Assembly: GCA_903854235.1 (NCBI GenBank) | Contig: CAINVV010000227.1 | Span: 4,065 to 68,064 of the forward strand | DNA length: 64,000 nucleotides | Direction: 5' to 3' | From: an uncultured Bacteroidia bacterium | GTDB taxonomy: Bacteria > Bacteroidota > Bacteroidia > Bacteroidales > Prolixibacteraceae | Shown here: positions 60,812 to 64,000 of the stretch, in pieces | Layout: every line of letters begins with the position of its first letter | Position numbering within the stretch: position 1 is the first letter of the stretch | The notes under the pieces: model-generated | Seen by the model: the letters and a program-made list of their open reading frames with translations, nothing else | The model's database searches: none | What the model was told of the DNA's origin: nothing | Program-made: the position numbers and the translations under genes

Positions 60812-61984
60812 ATGAAAAAGTACGATTTTGATGAAATAATACCCCGTAAAGGGACCAATTGCGAGAAGTATGATCATCTCGAGAGCCATTTCGGGAACGG
60901 GAATGCCATTCCCTTGTGGGTGGCTGACAGTGATTTCAGGGTGCCGGATTTCATCACGGCAGCCATCCGATACCGGGCTGACCATGAGATTTATGCATAC
61001 TCTTTCCGGCCCGCTGGTTATTATCAGTCGATCATTCAATGGCAGTTGGCCAGACACCAGTGGAGCGTTGAAAAGGAGATGATTTTGCCAACTCAGGGAG
61101 TTGTCTCCTCCCTTGCTTCGCTGATTATGGCTTTTACCGGGGCCGGCGACGGGGTGGTCATTCAGCCACCTGTGTATACTCCTTTCTTTTCTTGTGTGCG
61201 TGATTGTGAAAGGAGGGTAATTGAAAATCCACTGAAATTTGAAAACGGGAGTTATACCTTCGATTTCGAGGATCTGGAGCGTAAGATTGATGGCCAGACC
61301 CGATTGCTGATCTTGTGTAATCCCCACAATCCGGTTGGAAGAGTCTGGACTAAAGAGGAACTTGAAATGATTGGTGATATTTGTTTGAAAAACAATGTTA
61401 TGATTATATCCGATGAAATTCATTCTGATCTGATATTTGGGGGGTACCGTCACCTTCCACTCCCAAAAATATCGGAACAGCTGGCGGATAACTGCATCGT
61501 TTGTATGGCTCCCAGCAAGACCTTCAATATTGCCGGACTTTCAACTTCCTATGTCATTATTCCGAACAAGGCAATCCGGCATAAGTTTGACCGTTTTTTG
61601 CATACCCTGCATCTTTCAAATGGAAATTTATTTGGGAATGTGGCCCTGGAAGCAGCCTATCAATATGGAATGGACTGGGTCAATCAGCAGAATGATTACC
61701 TGGAAGGGAACAGGGATTTTATGCTGGAATTTTTCGGATCGAAGATGCCACGGATCAGGATGGTTGTTACGGAGGCTACTTATTTGGCTTGGCTGGATCT
61801 TCGTGAGTATGGTCTGGGCGAAGCCGAGATGAACCGGTTACTGATCGATAAAGCTGGTGTGGTCTTGAACAAGGGATCCATTTACGGCAAAGAGGGAGAA
61901 GGCTTTTTCAGGTTGAATTTTGCCTGCCCACGGCAGGTACTGGAGGAGGCCCTAATTCAGATGAAGCAAGTTTTGGGTAGTTGA
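60812..61984 (+). CDS. MalY/PatB-type PLP-dependent C-S lyase (class I/II aminotransferase fold)
   Basis: 'MKKYDFDEIIPRKGTNCEKYD' N-terminus typical of PatB/MalY, plus 'APSKTFNIAGL' (PLP lysine). Confidence 0.85.
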   Translation: MKKYDFDEIIPRKGTNCEKYDHLESHFGNGNAIPLWVADSDFRVPDFITAAIRYRADHEIYAYSFRPAGYYQSIIQWQLARHQWSVEKEMILPTQGVVSSLASLIMAFTGAGDGVVIQPPVYTPFFSCVRDCERRVIENPLKFENGSYTFDFEDLERKIDGQTRLLILCNPHNPVGRVWTKEELEMIGDICLKNNVMIISDEIHSDLIFGGYRHLPLPKISEQLADNCIVCMAPSKTFNIAGLSTSYVIIPNKAIRHKFDRFLHTLHLSNGNLFGNVALEAAYQYGMDWVNQQNDYLEGNRDFMLEFFGSKMPRIRMVVTEATYLAWLDLREYGLGEAEMNRLLIDKAGVVLNKGSIYGKEGEGFFRLNFACPRQVLEEALIQMKQVLGS

Positions 61985-61990
61985 TGCGAT

Positions 61991-62974
61991 TTATTTTATC
62001 CTGTAAAGCACCTGAGCGGCGAAATTTCGCAACTCTGTTTTTTCTGAATCTGCCACTTCAAGCTGTTGAAGGGTATTCATTGCCTTGTTGTAGTACTCTT
62101 CCATCAGTTTTCTGGTTGCCTCGGCGGCTCCAGAGTTGGTAAATATCTTCCTGACCGATTCGATTTTTTCATTTTTATCAAACTCGGCTTTATCGATCCA
62201 ATTTTTCAGATATGCCCTGTCCTTCTCTCCGCTCATTTCGAGGGCCTTGATCAGGATATGGGTTTTTTTATTCTCGCATATGTCACCACCAATCATTTTC
62301 CCGAAGGAGCTCTCTTCCCCATAAACATCCAGCCAATCATCCTGAAGTTGAAAGGCAATGCCAATCAGGATGCCGAATTGATAGAGCAATTGGCAACTTT
62401 GCTTATCGGCACCGCCAATCAAAGCACCAGTTTTTAGGCTACAAGCGATAAGAACAGCAGTTTTTAATCTTGTCATCTCCAGATATTCAGATTCAGTTAC
62501 CTGATCTCTTACTTCAAATTCCATATCATATTGCTGCCCTTCGCACACTTCGAGCGCGGTGGTTGAAAAGAGTGTGAGCAGGGAGGATATTTTGGACGCT
62601 TCACATCTGGAGAGGAATTGAAATGCGATGATTGACATGGCGTCTCCACTGAGGATTGCCTTATTTTCCCCGTACTTGAGGTGAACGGTAGGCATTCCTC
62701 TTCGAATGGAGGCATGGTCCATGATGTCGTCGTGTAGTAGGGTGAAGTTGTGAAAGAATTCGATGGCTGCTGCGGCCGGGAAGGCAGTCTGAGGTTGTTC
62801 GGAAAAAAGGGATGCTGTGTGCAGTACAAGGACCGGCCGGATTCTCTTGCCGCCACCAACCAGGGAATAGGCTACAGGGTCGTAGAGTTGTTGCGGGGCA
62901 GTTGCCTGGATGATTTGAATCTCTTTTTGAAACTCTTTTTCAAAATAGTCCAGGAGAAGTTGAAAACTGAGCAT
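61991..62974 (-). CDS. polyprenyl diphosphate synthase (trans-IPPS)
   Basis: FARM 'LLHDDIMD' and SARM 'QLQDDWLD'. Confidence 0.9.
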   Translation of the reverse strand: MLSFQLLLDYFEKEFQKEIQIIQATAPQQLYDPVAYSLVGGGKRIRPVLVLHTASLFSEQPQTAFPAAAAIEFFHNFTLLHDDIMDHASIRRGMPTVHLKYGENKAILSGDAMSIIAFQFLSRCEASKISSLLTLFSTTALEVCEGQQYDMEFEVRDQVTESEYLEMTRLKTAVLIACSLKTGALIGGADKQSCQLLYQFGILIGIAFQLQDDWLDVYGEESSFGKMIGGDICENKKTHILIKALEMSGEKDRAYLKNWIDKAEFDKNEKIESVRKIFTNSGAAEATRKLMEEYYNKAMNTLQQLEVADSEKTELRNFAAQVLYRIK

Positions 62975-63127
62975 GGCATCTGTGTTTCGGAGAGAAGAAC
63001 AACAAAGTTAAAGCCTTAAAATTGGCTTTGGGCAGAAGTCAGATTGGATGGAATAAAAAAAGCTGGCAGTACCCGTTGGAACCTACAAATAACCGTTCCC
63101 AATCGCAGACAAGTAGGACTGCAACTT

Positions 63128-63508
63128 TTATTTTTCCTCTTCTTCCGTTTCAGGGACAAATTTCTCGTCGCTGATCATTTTACAGTGACCAATAAAGCGG
63201 GCACCTGGTTCCACGGAAAGCTTTCCCATGGTTAGATTTCCGGTGATGGAGGCGCTGCCTTTGAGGGAAAGCAGATCCTTGACGACAATTTCGCCATTCA
63301 CGTAACCCATTATTTCGGCACTGGAACAGCGGATGGTGCCGTTGATCTTCGAATCCGGACCAACAACCACTCTCCCTTTGCAATCGAGGTCTCCCACCAA
63401 TATACCATCGATACGAATATCTCCGTCAGATTCGATATTTCCCTTAATCTTGGTATCCTGAGCTATGGTATTCAGGGCCTTAACTTCGCTAATGACTGGT
63501 TTTGACAT
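63128..63508 (-). CDS. bactofilin-family cytoskeletal protein
   Basis: Repetitive beta-helix pattern 'DTKIKGNIESDGDIRIDGILVGDLDCKGRVVVG...INGTIRC' and an acidic tail. Confidence 0.8.
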   Translation of the reverse strand: MSKPVISEVKALNTIAQDTKIKGNIESDGDIRIDGILVGDLDCKGRVVVGPDSKINGTIRCSSAEIMGYVNGEIVVKDLLSLKGSASITGNLTMGKLSVEPGARFIGHCKMISDEKFVPETEEEEK

Positions 63509-63581
63509 GATTGTATGTATTGATCAGTTTAAAACGCCGATGAAGATAATAATTCGTTCCGATTTTTCGGTGATTAGCAAC

Positions 63582-63606
63582 AAAAAAATCCCTTGCGGGA
63601 TTTTTT
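63582..63606 (-). terminator. rho-independent terminator downstream of rpmF
   Basis: A7-ATCCC-TTGC-GGGAT-T6. It reads as a hairpin plus T-run on the minus strand as well. Confidence 0.8.
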
Positions 63607-63654
63607 AGACGATTTGTCCGAGGTATACAAATGACGATTTGTGAGGTCGGACAA

Positions 63655-63840
63655 TTAAACTGTTGCGCTCTTTTCGATCGCCAATTTACCCCTGTAGTAT
63701 CCGCATTCAGCGCAAACGGTATGATATTTTACCGCTGCACCGCAGTTGGAGCAGGATGAAATTTGTGCCGGGATCGCTTTGTCGTGAGTCCTGCGCTTAT
63801 CTCTTCTTGTACTGGAGTGTTTGTGCTTTGGATGTGCCAT
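63655..63840 (-). CDS. rpmF: 50S ribosomal protein L32
   Basis: 'MAHPKHKHSSTRRDKRRTHDK' and the zinc ribbon 'CSNCGA...CAECG'. Confidence 0.95.
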   Translation of the reverse strand: MAHPKHKHSSTRRDKRRTHDKAIPAQISSCSNCGAAVKYHTVCAECGYYRGKLAIEKSATV

Positions 63841-63857
63841 TTTAAATAGTCTTTACT

Positions 63858-64000
63858 TTAATTACCAATAATTTTTCTTAACTCATTCCATCTTGGGTCA
63901 TCCGGTTCATCCAGGTTATTGCCATGGTACCTGAGCTCCTCCAGTTTTTTGATCATCACCGGATCACAAAGGCTTTTCCCATTTTCTCCATCTGGATGGA
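63858..64000 (-). CDS. YceD/DUF177-family protein, C-terminal fragment (5' end outside the window)
   Basis: The minus-strand frame ends '...DPRWNELRKIIGN*', the canonical DUF177 tail. It sits in the conserved position upstream of rpmF. Confidence 0.75.
   Translation of the reverse strand, partial: HPDGENGKSLCDPVMIKKLEELRYHGNNLDEPDDPRWNELRKIIGN

Noticed and set aside
1-64000. Window-wide scan for CRISPR arrays, long tandem repeats, IS elements, prophage genes, toxin-antitoxin pairs and known defence-system hallmarks.
   Set aside because: I saw no repeat-spacer periodicity and no transposase, integrase, phage structural or nuclease/helicase/methylase-type ORFs in the six-frame track. The accessory character of the window comes from the carbohydrate and cell-wall locus, not from mobile or defence elements.

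Overview
This 64 kb window looks like a chromosomal segment from a Bacteroidota-type genome. Supporting signs are a SusC/SusD pair, ECF sigma/FecR modules, TAnnTTTG-like promoter boxes, no obvious Shine-Dalgarno sequences and many lipoproteins. All calls come from reading the supplied translations and DNA; no database search was run, so family names are motif-level recollections. I found no CRISPR array, transposase, integrase or rRNA. Layout: (i) 1-7.0 kb holds a histidine-utilisation operon (hutH-hutU-x-hutI-x-ftcD) that ends in a fused formimidoyltransferase-cyclodeaminase and is interrupted by two unrelated exported or membrane proteins. (ii) 7.1-21.5 kb holds PBP1A, an ECF sigma/FecR/STN-protein trio, tRNA-Leu(CAA), and assorted redox, regulator, membrane and hydrolase genes. 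(iii) 21.8-50.3 kb is the most interesting part. A SusC/SusD pair converges on a 12-gene co-directional minus-strand array, and murK-murQ is transcribed divergently from that array. Nearly every recognisable product points to peptidoglycan or muropeptide breakdown and salvage: a NagZ-type GH3 fused to an AmiE-like beta-lactamase-fold domain, AmpG, an exported YkfC/YkfB-like endopeptidase/epimerase pair, a DigH/YddW-like GHL10, an HGSNAT-like membrane acetyltransferase, a GH9-deacetylase fusion and a transglutaminase-like lipoprotein. Embedded in this array is a tightly packed four-gene core with no established role: a giant split amidase-like exported protein, an extended GT2, a DUF4922 protein with an HIT/GalT-branch HxHxQ motif, and a signal-less SpoIID/LytB-like protein. 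I regard this core as the best candidate for an undescribed pathway. (iv) 50.4-64 kb is housekeeping: sucCD, yitT, an M23 peptidase, manC, mlaEF plus a coupled DUF4296 lipoprotein, amidohydrolase, radical SAM, comB, patB-like, polyprenyl synthase, bactofilin, rpmF and a yceD fragment.
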